DNA of 49,330 bases. Origin: Candidatus Buchananbacteria bacterium RIFCSPHIGHO2_02_FULL_56_16 (GTDB taxonomy: Bacteria; Patescibacteriota; Patescibacteriia; Buchananbacterales; UBA6539). Within the stretch, counting starts at the first letter, position 1. Each line of letters starts with the position of its first letter. The notes under the pieces were generated by a model. The model was given only the letters and a program-made list of their open reading frames with translations. It was not told where the DNA came from and searched no databases. Position numbers and translations under genes: made by a program. Location of the stretch: NCBI GenBank assembly GCA_001817495.1, contig MHIL01000026.1, forward strand, positions 18,657-67,986, given 5' to 3'. Of this stretch, positions 49,289 to 49,330 are shown piece after piece.

Positions 49289-49330
49289 ATGGACATTGAC
49301 ATTCAAGAAGCAGTTCGAACAGAACTGAAC
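49289..49330 (+). CDS. 5' end of an ORF running off the window (MDIDIQEAVRTELN..)
   Basis: ATG 49289 downstream of the promoter, open to the window edge. Confidence 0.3.
   Translation, partial: MDIDIQEAVRTELN

Noticed and set aside
47722-49330. Integrated mobile element or prophage boundary next to the tyrosine recombinase.
   Set aside because: No flanking direct repeats, tRNA target or phage genes were seen by eye. The protein looks like a housekeeping XerC/D.

Overview
This 49.3 kb window is a bacterial chromosome segment of about 55% GC, mostly housekeeping genes on the + strand. Calls were made by eye from the ORF track and raw sequence, with no searches run.

Gene content:
- Cell division and envelope: ftsB-like gene, parvulin PPIase, ftsE, ftsX, yidC, an M23 peptidase.
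- Ribosomal and RNA polymerase block: infA-rpmJ-rpsM-rpsK-rpsD-rpoA-rplQ, then rplM-rpsI.
- Translation and repair: alaS, gltX, mnmA, def-fmt, uvrD/pcrA, clpB, msrA.
- Surface-glycan cluster: flippase, three glycosyltransferases, an O-antigen-ligase-like protein, a WecB/TagA-type transferase, ugd.
- Three tRNAs and a XerC/D-type recombinase.

Short YidC and AlaRS, basic N-terminal tails on ribosomal proteins and an RpoA without a recognisable alpha-CTD suggest a reduced-genome uncultivated lineage, possibly CPR/Patescibacteria-like. This is inference only.

The most unusual content is non-coding:
1. A four-copy structured repeat bracketed by TATG always ends exactly on a gene start codon.
2. 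Several dispersed families of low-complexity periodic hairpins fill stop-to-start spacers.
3. Many housekeeping genes have a -10 box 6-8 nt before the ATG (apparently leaderless) and no Shine-Dalgarno, whereas small ORFs carry strong GGAGG sites.

Other points:
- clpB carries a single in-frame TAG and sits behind a CIRCE operator.
- An operon of tandem small membrane proteins lies at 38.8-40.2 kb.
- A duplicated small-protein cassette has a perfectly conserved palindrome.
- A promoter-to-terminator hairpin RNA candidate lies at 29.6-29.9 kb.
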